Assembly (NCBI GenBank): GCA_029862005.1
Contig: JAOTYD010000003.1
Span: forward strand, 70,158-134,157
Direction: 5' to 3'
From: Gammaproteobacteria bacterium
GTDB taxonomy: Bacteria; Pseudomonadota; Gammaproteobacteria; GCA-001735895
Length of the DNA stretch: 64,000 nt
The notes beneath the pieces were generated by a model, which was not told the origin of the DNA, ran no database searches, and saw only the letters and a list, made by a program, of their open reading frames with translations. The position numbers were made by a program, and so were the translations under genes. Below, piece after piece: positions 21,241 to 30,550 of this stretch. Numbering within the stretch: position 1 is the stretch's first letter; every line of letters begins with the position of its first letter.

Positions 21241-23325
21241 CTACATGGAGCTGAAATCGTAATTCAATTCCTTGTCCGGTGCCTGCAGGAATTCGCCCTG
21301 CACGAAGTCGACATTCAATGTCCACAAGACACTCAGTACTGCCGCGTCAGTGACACCGGGAGTGATCGTATTAACACCCAGATCGTCCGACTGGTAGGCG
21401 AGTTCGCGAATACTTTCCTGATTCTCTTTATTCTGCGCGAGATTATCCATATAGGCATGGTTGATGCGTACGTAGTTCGCGTTGACGTGCTTGACCAACT
21501 GAAACGGATTCAGTCCAGTGCCAAACTCGTCGATGGCGAACTTACAGTGGATTTGCTGGAGGCCCTTGGCCAGGATTTTGGCAGCTTTCAATTGATTCAC
21601 CGCCTGCGCCTCGTTGATCAGGAACACGAGTTGCTCTCCGCTTACCTTTGCCTTGCTCAGGTTTTCCGATATCCAGACCGCGAGCCCGGAGTCCTGGAAT
21701 GAATCAGCGCTCAGGGCCACGAAGAATTCGATTTTACGGCCGTGTTTGCTGGTTTCGGAAATCTTTTTGATGGCGTGCAGTATCCTCCAGCGATCAAGCA
21801 TTTTGGCAGTGCCGGTGCGTTCCGCGGCGCCCAGGAAATCATGCTCGTAAAGCGTGCGCCCATCCTTGGTGATGATTTCAAGACTCGAGATGTAGCGTTC
21901 TCCTCCCTGAGCCTTGACGCCAATAATGGGCTGATAAAGCCCGCTGATCCGGTTACTATTAAGCGCTTCCTTGATAAGGCTGGCCGTATTCCGGTCGTCT
22001 TCTTCCTGGGTCATTTCCCCCGCTTTCGGGATATAGGTTTTTGATTGATTGCCGCCGTTATCCTGAATTTCCTGACAGGTTTTCTCGGCACGGGATATGA
22101 TTTCATTTGGATTATCAGGAGTATTCTCGTCGATAAACACGACTGAGGTGCTGCAGGTTGTACTGATCGATTGATTACCGATTTCCGATATGTGTCCCTC
22201 AACCAGGCTGGGTATCCTGTCAGCGAGCTCCTCGGCGGCCTTTCGTTCCTTAATTTTAATCAGGCAGGTGTAGGAGCAAGCGCCAAAGCGGGCGATGATG
22301 TCTTCATCGCCAGTGTTTTTGGTCAGGATTCCGGCGATATCTTTAATCAATGTATCGCAACCTGAAATTCCGATCATATCGCGTATCGACTGGAAATTAT
22401 CGATGGCAATGTAAATTAAGGCTGACTGACTTTTGCCATTGACTGCCAGGGTGATCGCAGTTTTCAGTTCGTCCATGAAAAACGGGCGGTTTAATAGTCC
22501 GGATATCAGGTCGTGCTGGTGCAGGTAGTTGATCTGTTCCTCGAGTTCCGAGGTATCAGAGCCAGAGCGAATCAGGATCTGGGTACAGGGTTCTCCATCA
22601 TAACTGGCGCGAGAAAATTCAAGCTTTGCAGAAATTCTCTCACCGCTGCTATGAATGAGCTGCAGCTCGAGCTCGTTGGTTTCATTTTCGTTTTTGCTGA
22701 GTTCACGTAAAAAGGTTTTCAGTTCGCTTTGTTGCGACGTGTCAACCATATCAATGATCGGGGTACCCTCGAGTTCATCGAAGTCAGCATTACCAAACAA
22801 TTCCATGTAAACCTCGTTGGCAAAAATATGCATTCCTTCATGGACATAGGCCACGGCATCTTTTGAATGGGAAAGCAGGTTCTGGCAACGTTTCTCGCTC
22901 TCCTGGAATTCGAGCTCGAGCCGCATAGCGCGCCGCCACATATTAATATTGTAAGCCTCGCGTTTTATCACGTGAATCAGGTGCTCGAGACTGTCACTGG
23001 CGACAACATCCTGTGCGCCTTCCTCAATCGATCTGACGATGACCTTGGAATCCAGTTTTTTTGCCATCGCGATGAGTGATACATGGCGCCCGCATTCGCG
23101 GATCAGGTGTTGACCCTGGCCCAGCGTGAAATCAGTCAGATCGACTGAAAACAGTACCAGGTCCAGAACCTTGTTTTCCAATAGATCGCACATGTCTTCG
23201 CTGTTTTCAGCAAATTCAGCGCGCACATGCATGCCGGCGGCACGCAAGGAACTGGTTATTTGCTCCGCCTTGTGAAAGCCCTCGTCCACAATAAGCAGGC
23301 GAATCAGTTTTTCTTCGTTTTCCAT
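21241..23325 (-). CDS. FimX-like REC-PAS-GGDEF-EAL protein, both catalytic motifs degenerate
   Basis: IRLLIV receiver-like N-terminus, PAS, HDLISGLLNR GGDEF entry with RFGACS, EAL domain with IDEFGTG/QGEF; start MENEEK with GGAGAC RBS. Confidence 0.82.
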   Translation of the reverse strand: MENEEKLIRLLIVDEGFHKAEQITSSLRAAGMHVRAEFAENSEDMCDLLENKVLDLVLFSVDLTDFTLGQGQHLIRECGRHVSLIAMAKKLDSKVIVRSIEEGAQDVVASDSLEHLIHVIKREAYNINMWRRAMRLELEFQESEKRCQNLLSHSKDAVAYVHEGMHIFANEVYMELFGNADFDELEGTPIIDMVDTSQQSELKTFLRELSKNENETNELELQLIHSSGERISAKLEFSRASYDGEPCTQILIRSGSDTSELEEQINYLHQHDLISGLLNRPFFMDELKTAITLAVNGKSQSALIYIAIDNFQSIRDMIGISGCDTLIKDIAGILTKNTGDEDIIARFGACSYTCLIKIKERKAAEELADRIPSLVEGHISEIGNQSISTTCSTSVVFIDENTPDNPNEIISRAEKTCQEIQDNGGNQSKTYIPKAGEMTQEEDDRNTASLIKEALNSNRISGLYQPIIGVKAQGGERYISSLEIITKDGRTLYEHDFLGAAERTGTAKMLDRWRILHAIKKISETSKHGRKIEFFVALSADSFQDSGLAVWISENLSKAKVSGEQLVFLINEAQAVNQLKAAKILAKGLQQIHCKFAIDEFGTGLNPFQLVKHVNANYVRINHAYMDNLAQNKENQESIRELAYQSDDLGVNTITPGVTDAAVLSVLWTLNVDFVQGEFLQAPDKELNYDFSSM

Positions 23326-23435
23326 AGTCTCCAGCAGTGATAATGTAACCACTCTTCCTGCAATCAATAATAGTCGATATATTTCGAATCAAACATAGAA
23401 TCCGGTATGATTAGCCTTTTCCCACCAGGACGGCA

Positions 23436-24005
23436 ATGGCTAGTTATAGTACAAACGAATTTCGCGGCGGATTGAAAATCATGCTTGACGGAGATCCTTG
23501 TGCCATTATCGAAAACGAATTCGTCAAACCGGGCAAGGGGCAGGCATTCAATCGCGTCAAGATTCGTAATCTGAAGACGGGGCGAGTGCTGGATAAGACC
23601 TTTAAGTCGGGCGATACCGTCGATGCAGCCGACGTCGTCGATACCGAAATGCAGTATCTCTACAGCGATGGCGAGTTCTGGCATTTCATGGATCCACAAA
23701 CTTACGAACAGCAGGCCGCCGACGCCAATGCAGTAGGCGATGCAAAGCTGTGGCTCAAGGCCCAGGACAACTGTGAAGTGACGCTCTATAACGGTAGCCC
23801 GATTGGCGTTACGCCGCCTAATTTCGTCGAACTTGAAATCACCGATACCGATCCCGGTTTGAAAGGTGATACCGCCCAGGGCGGTACCAAGCCGGCGACG
23901 CTGGAAACCGGCGCCGTGGTCAAGGTGCCGTTATTCCTCGAGATAGGCGAACTGGTGAAAGTGGACACCCGGTCCGGTGAATACATGTCGCGGGTGAAAA
24001 AATAG
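23436..24005 (+). CDS. efp: Elongation factor P
   Basis: [11 protein letters not shown] (Lys34 type), [17 protein letters not shown]. Confidence 0.99.
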   Translation: MASYSTNEFRGGLKIMLDGDPCAIIENEFVKPGKGQAFNRVKIRNLKTGRVLDKTFKSGDTVDAADVVDTEMQYLYSDGEFWHFMDPQTYEQQAADANAVGDAKLWLKAQDNCEVTLYNGSPIGVTPPNFVELEITDTDPGLKGDTAQGGTKPATLETGAVVKVPLFLEIGELVKVDTRSGEYMSRVKK

Positions 24006-24024
24006 CCGGGAAAACAAACTCCCC

Positions 24025-24957
24025 ATGAACTGGCAGCCATGCGCGAATCTGCCGGTTATTCGCGAAAGAGCAAGAATTTACCGACAAATCCGGTCATTTT
24101 TCAACACCCGTGGTTGTCTCGAAGTAGATACTCCCTTGCTGATGCCGACCACGACTACTGATGCGCAGATCGCTTCCATTGGAATACCGGATGGTGATCA
24201 AAAGCGTTTCCTGCAAACTTCGCCCGAATTTGCGATGAAGCGCCTGTTGGCTGCAGGCAGTGGCTCGATTTTCCAGCTCGGTCATGCCTTTCGTCAGGGT
24301 GAGGCCGGACGCCTGCATCATCCCGAGTTCAGCTTGCTCGAGTGGTACCGGGTAGGATATGACTACCAGCAACTCATGGACGAAATAGAATTGCTGATTA
24401 CAACACTGAGCCTACGGCAGTGCAGCTTTACCCGAATCAGCTACCGGAATTTATTCAGGGAGAAACTGGACCTCGTATTTGAAGAAATATCCCTGGAAGA
24501 ACTTCGCGGCCAATGTGCAAGCCGGGTTCCTGACATGAACAGTTCATCACTTGACTATGATCAGTGTCTCGATTTATTGCTGGGTACGGTCATCGCACCG
24601 GCGATGCGAGGTTACCAGTTCGTCTACGATTACCCGATTTCACAGGCCGCACTGGCGCGCATCCGCAAGGACGATGGCAATGTTGCGGAACGGTTCGAAC
24701 TTTTTTTCGACGGGATTGAACTCGCAAACGGCTTTTCCGAGCTCACTGACGCCGCGGAACAGCGGTCGCGCTTTGAGCGGGATAATGCCTTGCGTCTTGA
24801 AAGAGGATTGCCGCAGCACCCGATTGATGAGCGTTTGCTGGCAGCGCTTGAATCGGGCATGGAAGATTGTGCCGGGGTCGCGCTGGGGCTCGATCGCTTG
24901 CTGATGGTGTTACTCGAACTAGATTCTATCGACCAGGTTCTGACTTTCACCGACTAA
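24025..24957 (+). CDS. epmA: EF-P lysine aminoacylase EpmA (GenX/PoxA)
   Basis: LQTSPEFAMKRLLAAG, FRQGEAGRLHHPEFSLLEWYR, GVALGLDRL; adjacent to efp. Confidence 0.97.
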   Translation: MNWQPCANLPVIRERARIYRQIRSFFNTRGCLEVDTPLLMPTTTTDAQIASIGIPDGDQKRFLQTSPEFAMKRLLAAGSGSIFQLGHAFRQGEAGRLHHPEFSLLEWYRVGYDYQQLMDEIELLITTLSLRQCSFTRISYRNLFREKLDLVFEEISLEELRGQCASRVPDMNSSSLDYDQCLDLLLGTVIAPAMRGYQFVYDYPISQAALARIRKDDGNVAERFELFFDGIELANGFSELTDAAEQRSRFERDNALRLERGLPQHPIDERLLAALESGMEDCAGVALGLDRLLMVLLELDSIDQVLTFTD

Positions 24958-25016
24958 ACCGGCATCACGTTCCGCCCCCTCAGGGGTAATTCAGCTAAAG
25001 ATGTAATCACGCGGAC

Positions 25017-25146
25017 GCTACCTAAGGGGTAAACACGGAAAAGTGTAGCGCGGCAGGGATGCCGCGCTCCAAGCGATTCCATGGACGGACCAACCGGCGC
25101 TTGCGCCGGCTGGGAGCGCCTTTTACGTGCTTACCCCTTAGGTAGC
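25017..25146. repeat. Palindromic repeat family 1, copy b
   Basis: 27-bp arms (25/27 complementary) around a 76-nt core containing GTAG-CGCGGCA-GGGA-TGCCGCG; between convergent epmA and psd. Confidence 0.9.
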
Positions 25147-25156
25147 CGAATCATAG

Positions 25157-25298
25157 GGGCGTGGGCATTGGGGCTTGTTTGCGAGAAGCTGTGCGACGGA
25201 GTGCCGTATCACGACATCCCGCGCGCGAGCCTACATGGATGTATCGGTCCGACGCATCGGCACGGCGCTACCGCAAACAAGTCTCGATGACCGCGCCG
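25157..25298. repeat. Palindromic repeat family 2, copy a
   Basis: Arms around CTTGTTTGCG / CGCAAACAAG; core GCGCGCGAGCCTACATGGATGTAT identical to 45366-45389. Confidence 0.8.
25246..25260 (-). repeat. 15-bp mini-hairpin module, copy 3 (14/15)
   Basis: GGTCCGACGCATCGG, absent at the equivalent position of family 2 copy b. Confidence 0.7.
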
Positions 25299-25336
25299 TT
25301 GGTCAGAGCATTAATGGAGATCGGTATTAGCAGGTA

Positions 25337-26200
25337 TCAGGTCGGGAATTGACCGATGGGCTGGCCCATTTTTACGCTTTTGCCAGGGGCGAGATTCGGT
25401 AACCATTCGACCTGCCTGGTGGTTAGCAGGATCACCGTTGAACCCATGTTGAAGCGACCCATCTCGGCACCCTTGGAGATTTCCTTGCGGGTATGGCTAT
25501 AGTCGTACTCGCTGATTTTCTTGCCTATTGGCGGCGTTACCAGGCCACTCCAGACGGTTTCGATTGCGGCAACGTTGAATGCCCCGACCATCACCATTAC
25601 CATTGGTCCGACCGCGGTTTCAAAGTAACAGGCAAGTCTCTCGTTGCGCGCAAACAGGCGGGGAATTTCTTCGACCGTCCACTGTGCGACACTGAACAAA
25701 CGGCCGGGAACGTGAATCATGCGCTGCATATTTGCATCCATCGGCATATGCACGCGGTGATAATTGTACGGGGCAAGATAAATGGTTGCGAAATTGCCAT
25801 CGGCAAATTCAGCTGCCATTGCCTTGTCGCCGCCGAGCAATTCGAGCGCGCTATAACCGCGCCCCTTGGCCTGCATAATGGCGCCCGCACGAACCGGCCC
25901 CGACTGTGATACGGTGCCGTCGCAGGGGCAGGCGAGGGTATTTTCGCCCGCTGCAATGGGTCGAATACCGTGTTTCAGGGGCCGGACAAAGAACTCGTTG
26001 AATGTCTGGTAGTAATCGATTTCTGGTTCTTCGGCCTCGTCCATGTTGACGCCGTATTTTTTCACAAACCAGTTAATCATTGGCCCTACCTGTGGACCAC
26101 GCAGGCGCGTAATAAAATAAACCACGCGCGATACTGCATGGTGCGGCATTACCATGAACAGTGCTTTTAAAAACTTCTGTTTTTTAGATAACTCGGCCAT
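25337..26200 (-). CDS. psd: Phosphatidylserine decarboxylase proenzyme
   Basis: FNEFFVRPLK, IYLAPYNYHRVHMP, LFARNER, FNMGSTV self-cleavage motif. Confidence 0.96.
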   Translation of the reverse strand: MAELSKKQKFLKALFMVMPHHAVSRVVYFITRLRGPQVGPMINWFVKKYGVNMDEAEEPEIDYYQTFNEFFVRPLKHGIRPIAAGENTLACPCDGTVSQSGPVRAGAIMQAKGRGYSALELLGGDKAMAAEFADGNFATIYLAPYNYHRVHMPMDANMQRMIHVPGRLFSVAQWTVEEIPRLFARNERLACYFETAVGPMVMVMVGAFNVAAIETVWSGLVTPPIGKKISEYDYSHTRKEISKGAEMGRFNMGSTVILLTTRQVEWLPNLAPGKSVKMGQPIGQFPT

Positions 26201-26202
26201 CG

Positions 26203-26616
26203 CTACTTTTTCACCCACATCTCGAGCTTTTGTTCAGATCCGTCGTCGAACAGGATAAGAATTTCTATCGAATCGCCAATCTGCGTGGGTTCGCCTGGAT
26301 TCATCATCATTAAATGTAGTCCACCCGGGGTGAGCTGCACAGTAGAATCAGGTTCTATTATTAAAATTGGAATCCTCTCCATGCGCATCATGCCATCCTG
26401 CGCGATAGTCTGGTGAATTTCGATACTGTCAAAGGCGTCGCTGCTCAAAGAAACGATGCTCACCGTTTTGGATTGCGGATTATGAATCGTCATGTAGCCG
26501 GCGCGAACCGGCACTGACGGGGGCAGGTTCTTGATCCAGGAATCGCGGATTTCAAGCTGCGCGAGTGCGAAGCCCGGAAACACCAGCAGCAGAAGCAGCG
26601 TCAGGCGGATCATCAT
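26203..26616 (-). CDS. Copper chaperone PCu(A)C
   Basis: Signal peptide; EIHQT...GMMRM...PGGLHLMM copper motif; follows SCO. Confidence 0.92.
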   Translation of the reverse strand: MMIRLTLLLLLVFPGFALAQLEIRDSWIKNLPPSVPVRAGYMTIHNPQSKTVSIVSLSSDAFDSIEIHQTIAQDGMMRMERIPILIIEPDSTVQLTPGGLHLMMMNPGEPTQIGDSIEILILFDDGSEQKLEMWVKK

Positions 26617-26629
26617 GGTTTGAAAGTCT

Positions 26630-27250
26630 CTAGTTATATTCAACAATGCGGGTCAGGTCGCGCGCCATTGCCAATGGATCATGCGGTGCGCTGAATAGCC
26701 CGGCAAATTCGGCCTGCGGGTTAATCAGGACAATGGCCGAACTATGGTCAACGTCATAACTGGGATTGTCACCGGCTTTATTCCGTATATTGTGGGCGAT
26801 GCCGAGCGAGCTGGTTAGCAAGGTTAGTTTTTCCATGACCGCTGTTGCGCCGGTAAAGCCGGGATTGAAATAGTTGACATAAGTTGCCAGAGTCTCGGCA
26901 TTATCGCGCTCGGGATCTACCGATACAAAATATATACGCACGGCTTTGGTGACATTCGGATCCTCGATAGCATTGGCCATGTCGCTCAGAGTCTGCAGGG
27001 TGGCGGGGCAGATATCGGGACAATGGGTATAGCCAAAAAACATCAGGCTCCAATTTCCGCTTAACGTCGTGCGGTCCATCACCTGTCCATGGTGATCGAC
27101 GAGCTCGAAATCTGGTAAGGCTCGAGCCTGTTCACCAAACCAGAGGCCAGCTTCCAGTTCGATTGGTTTGTTGCTACTGAGATACCAGGAAATCGAGAAT
27201 CCGCCGATCAGGGCGAGCAGTGCGACGATTGCGATACTCGATTTATTCAT
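26630..27250 (-). CDS. SCO1/SenC family copper protein
   Basis: FFGYTHCPDICP (CxxxC), SVDPERD, YDVDHS. Confidence 0.95.
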   Translation of the reverse strand: MNKSSIAIVALLALIGGFSISWYLSSNKPIELEAGLWFGEQARALPDFELVDHHGQVMDRTTLSGNWSLMFFGYTHCPDICPATLQTLSDMANAIEDPNVTKAVRIYFVSVDPERDNAETLATYVNYFNPGFTGATAVMEKLTLLTSSLGIAHNIRNKAGDNPSYDVDHSSAIVLINPQAEFAGLFSAPHDPLAMARDLTRIVEYN

Positions 27251-27305
27251 GGTCGTTATGGTGTAAAATCCGCGGCATTATATTTCAATTGGTAGTAAAC
27301 ACAAC

Positions 27306-28232
27306 GTGTCGATTCCGGAACCTTTGCAAGCCCTGACCACGATTCGCGATTTCATTCGCTGGGGGAGTAGCGAGTTTTTACGCAGCGAATTAACCTTTGG
27401 TCACGGTTTCACCAGCGCGATTGACGAAGCCCGGTACCTCACCTTGCATGCGCTGGCCCTGCCGTATGACTGGCCGGATGAATACCTGGATACAGTACTG
27501 ACAGCCCCAGAGCGTGAGCAGGTCATCGATATCTTGCGCTTGCGGGTCAATTCGCGTCAACCAGCAGCCTATATCACGGGTGAATCCTGGTTCTGTGGCC
27601 TCAAGTTCTACGTCGATGAGCGCGTGCTGGTACCGCGCTCACCGATTGCGGAGCTCGTCTCGGATAAATTTGAACCCTGGATTGATAGTAATCGGGTGCG
27701 TCGGATTCTCGATCTTTGCAGCGGCAGCGGTTGTATCGCGATCGCTGCAAAATATCATTTTCCCGATGCCGAGGTTTTTGCGTCGGATGTGTCACTCGAT
27801 GCGCTTGAAGTCGCGAGGACGAATCTTGAACTGCACGATCTCGTTGACGAGGTAACGCTTTTTGAATCCGATCTCTTTGACACGATACCGGTGCAGCAGT
27901 TTGACGTCATCGTCTGCAATCCGCCCTATGTCGATGCGGAAGACATGGCACGGCTGAGCGACGAGTTCCAATATGAACCTGAAATAGGCTTGCGTGCAGG
28001 TGGCGACGGTTTGTTGCTGGTTGACCGAATCCTGGCCCGTGCCGGTGAGTTCCTCAGCGATCGTGGTGCGCTCTTTATCGAAGTGGGTAACACCCGGGCG
28101 GCAATGGAAAGCAAGTTTGATTTTTTACCGATGACCTGGGTTGAATTTGAATTTGGCGGTGGTGGAGTATGCTTTATCGGGGCACAAGACCTGAAGCAGC
28201 AGCAACCGGCGATTATGGCCATTGCCAGTTAG
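27306..28232 (+). CDS. prmB: Ribosomal protein L3 N5-glutamine methyltransferase
   Basis: TIRDFIRW, FGHG, VLVPRSPIAEL, ILDLCSGSGCIAI, NPPYVD, HEP-like YEPEIGL; GTG start. Confidence 0.96.
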   Translation: MSIPEPLQALTTIRDFIRWGSSEFLRSELTFGHGFTSAIDEARYLTLHALALPYDWPDEYLDTVLTAPEREQVIDILRLRVNSRQPAAYITGESWFCGLKFYVDERVLVPRSPIAELVSDKFEPWIDSNRVRRILDLCSGSGCIAIAAKYHFPDAEVFASDVSLDALEVARTNLELHDLVDEVTLFESDLFDTIPVQQFDVIVCNPPYVDAEDMARLSDEFQYEPEIGLRAGGDGLLLVDRILARAGEFLSDRGALFIEVGNTRAAMESKFDFLPMTWVEFEFGGGGVCFIGAQDLKQQQPAIMAIAS

Positions 28233-28243
28233 CCGGCTTTAAT

Positions 28244-29089
28244 ATGAACGCGAAAGTAGATTCCAGGGAAGTCGGACTAGTCGCCGGACTCAACCTGTTT
28301 AATTTTTTCCTGGGCACCCGTGATTTGCATTATGGTTTTTGGGAGGATGACCTGGAAGTCTGTATCCAGAACCTGCCCGAGGCCCAGAAACGCTACTCGG
28401 ATTTTCTGATCGGTCATATCCCGCAAGGGGTTCAGCGTATTCTGGACGTTGGTTGCGGCGCCGGCGGTGTCGCCACCGAATTATTGGCCCGCGGCTATAA
28501 AGTTGAAGGGGTCTCCCCGAGTCCGCTGTTATCGGAGGCCGCACAGCAACAGGCTGGAGACAGCTTCAAGATCCATCACGGCCGTTTCGAAGATGTTTCA
28601 TTTGACGCCGATGAAAAATTTGACCTCGTGTTGTTCAGTGAAAGCTTTCAGTACATCACGCTCGACACGGTCCTCGAAAACGCCCGACAGCTTCTCGGTC
28701 CGGGCGGGTATATTCTGATTTGTGATTTTTTCAAGACCAACGCGGCCGGCAAATCGGTGATCGGTGGTGGGCATCCGATCGACAAGTTCATCGGGGCCCT
28801 GGACCGATCGGGTCTGGAGGTGCTGGAGGACAAGGATATAACACAGCAGACCGCACCCAACCTGGATATTGTTAATCAAATGGGACACGAACTGCTGTTA
28901 CCGACCTTCAAGCTGGTCGGTTATGCCTTCGATCGAAATCATCCCTGGTTGTCCAGAATACTGCGTTGGAAATACCGCAAAAAAATCAGAAAAATAGATC
29001 GCAAGTATCTCAGTGGTGAACGCAGCGGTGAAAATTTTGCCCGCTACAAGGTTTACCGCCTGCTGCTGCTGCGTAAACCGGAGCACTAA
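28244..29089 (+). CDS. Class I SAM-dependent methyltransferase
   Basis: LHYGFW motif, ILDVGCGAGG motif I, FDLVLFSESFQY. Confidence 0.9.
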   Translation: MNAKVDSREVGLVAGLNLFNFFLGTRDLHYGFWEDDLEVCIQNLPEAQKRYSDFLIGHIPQGVQRILDVGCGAGGVATELLARGYKVEGVSPSPLLSEAAQQQAGDSFKIHHGRFEDVSFDADEKFDLVLFSESFQYITLDTVLENARQLLGPGGYILICDFFKTNAAGKSVIGGGHPIDKFIGALDRSGLEVLEDKDITQQTAPNLDIVNQMGHELLLPTFKLVGYAFDRNHPWLSRILRWKYRKKIRKIDRKYLSGERSGENFARYKVYRLLLLRKPEH

Positions 29090-29091
29090 TT

Positions 29092-29874
29092 ATGGCCTGG
29101 TGGGGTAAAGCGCTCGGTGGTGCATTTGGCTTCATGATCGGCGGGCCGCTCGGGGCCCTGATGGGCATCGCTTTCGGACATAGTTTCGATCGTGGTCTGG
29201 GCCAGCTCGGTGTTGGCGAATCCGGGGCGGACCAGGAGCGTACCCAGGCCGCATTCTTCACCGCTACCTTCTCGGTGATGGGGTATATCGCCAAGGCCGA
29301 TGGCAGGGTAACGCCAGACGAGATAAAACTCGCGGAGGCGGTCATGGATCGCCTCGGTCTCAGTGCTGAAATGCGCAGTTCCGCAAAGAAACTGTTCAAT
29401 GAAGGGAAGGCGAATGACTTTCCCATCGACGAGGTTATGGAGCAGTTCCGACGCGAAACGCACCGACGTACGACCCTGATCCAGATGTTTCTCGAAATCC
29501 AGCTACAGGCAGCTTATGCCGATGGTGTCATGCACCCGGCCGAGAAAGACGTGCTGGCCAGGATTTGTGAGCACCTGGGGATCCCCGCTTCGCAGCTGGA
29601 TCGGCTTGAAGAAATGTTGCGCGCCGGTTTCGGACGCCCCGATTATGATCCCGCAACAACCAGAACATCGCTTAAGGATGCATATCGACTGCTGGGTGTC
29701 GACGAAAGCGTCAGCGATGCCGAGCTCAAGAAGTGCTATCGCCGCTTAATGTCGCAACACCATCCCGATAAACTGGTTGCCAAGGGCCTCCCTGAACAGA
29801 TGATTGCGGATGCTACCGCGAAAACACAACAGATCAAGGCTGCTTACGAACTGATTCGCAAATCCCGCAAGTGA
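29092..29874 (+). CDS. djlA: Co-chaperone DjlA
   Basis: MAWWGKALGG TM, AKADGRV TerB-like domain, J-domain with HHPDKL. Confidence 0.96.
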   Translation: MAWWGKALGGAFGFMIGGPLGALMGIAFGHSFDRGLGQLGVGESGADQERTQAAFFTATFSVMGYIAKADGRVTPDEIKLAEAVMDRLGLSAEMRSSAKKLFNEGKANDFPIDEVMEQFRRETHRRTTLIQMFLEIQLQAAYADGVMHPAEKDVLARICEHLGIPASQLDRLEEMLRAGFGRPDYDPATTRTSLKDAYRLLGVDESVSDAELKKCYRRLMSQHHPDKLVAKGLPEQMIADATAKTQQIKAAYELIRKSRK

Positions 29875-30179
29875 TGAAGAAGGTCTACACACACGAAAAC
29901 CGCATGATTGTTTTCAACATGAAAAACGTGCTGCAGGGAGCCGGCATAGAAACGGTCGTGGTTAACGAGTTTGCCGCGGGAGGTGCCGGCGATTTACCGA
30001 CGTTCGATACCTGGCCCGAACTGTGGATCGAGGATGAAACCATGCTCACGCAGGCCCAGGCGATCGTGAAGGAAATTCTCTCGGATGAAGGGAATGCCGC
30101 ACGGTTTTGTCAAAAATGCGGAGAGCAAAATGAGGCGGCGTTTCGAATCTGCTGGAACTGCGGCAACGCGTTGGAATAG
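29871..30179 (+). CDS. DUF2007-like protein with C-terminal zinc finger
   Basis: LQGAGIET..NE, WPELWI, CQKCGEQNE..F.ICWNCG. Confidence 0.8.
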   Translation: MMKKVYTHENRMIVFNMKNVLQGAGIETVVVNEFAAGGAGDLPTFDTWPELWIEDETMLTQAQAIVKEILSDEGNAARFCQKCGEQNEAAFRICWNCGNALE

Positions 30180-30193
30180 CGAGGAACAGGCTG

Positions 30194-30550
30194 ATGAGAT
30201 ATGTGATTACCGGTTTGATATTACTGTCGACCCACGCCTACGCGGGCGAGGTCGACATTGTCGAGGTCACCGTGGAATGCCCTGGCAGTTGCACTTTTTC
30301 GGTCACGCTCGAGCATGCCGACCAGGGCTGGGGTCATTATGCCAACCAGTGGGACGTGATGACGCTGGACGACAAGCTACTGAAATCGCGCGTGCTGCAC
30401 CATCCGCATGATAATGAACAACCTTTCACCCGCTCATTGTCCGGCGTAATAATTCCTGACGGAACCAACCGGGTGAAAATACGTGCACGGGATTCAAAGC
30501 ACGGTTACAGCAGCGAGGAATTTATCGTCGATATCCCGGCACGCAACTAG
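30194..30550 (+). CDS. Secreted His-rich hypothetical protein
   Basis: Signal peptide (AYA); HADQGWGHYANQW and RVLHHPHDNEQPFTRS motifs. Confidence 0.8.
   Translation: MRYVITGLILLSTHAYAGEVDIVEVTVECPGSCTFSVTLEHADQGWGHYANQWDVMTLDDKLLKSRVLHHPHDNEQPFTRSLSGVIIPDGTNRVKIRARDSKHGYSSEEFIVDIPARN

Noticed and set aside
25081-25352. Short ORFs over the epmA-psd gap (also 15147-15341, 45163-45526, 7969-8184)
   Set aside because: They are chance translations of GC-rich palindromic repeats
25337-27250. psd co-transcribed with SCO and PCuAC
   Set aside because: As I recall this is a common gammaproteobacterial arrangement; nothing in the sequence suggests a new function
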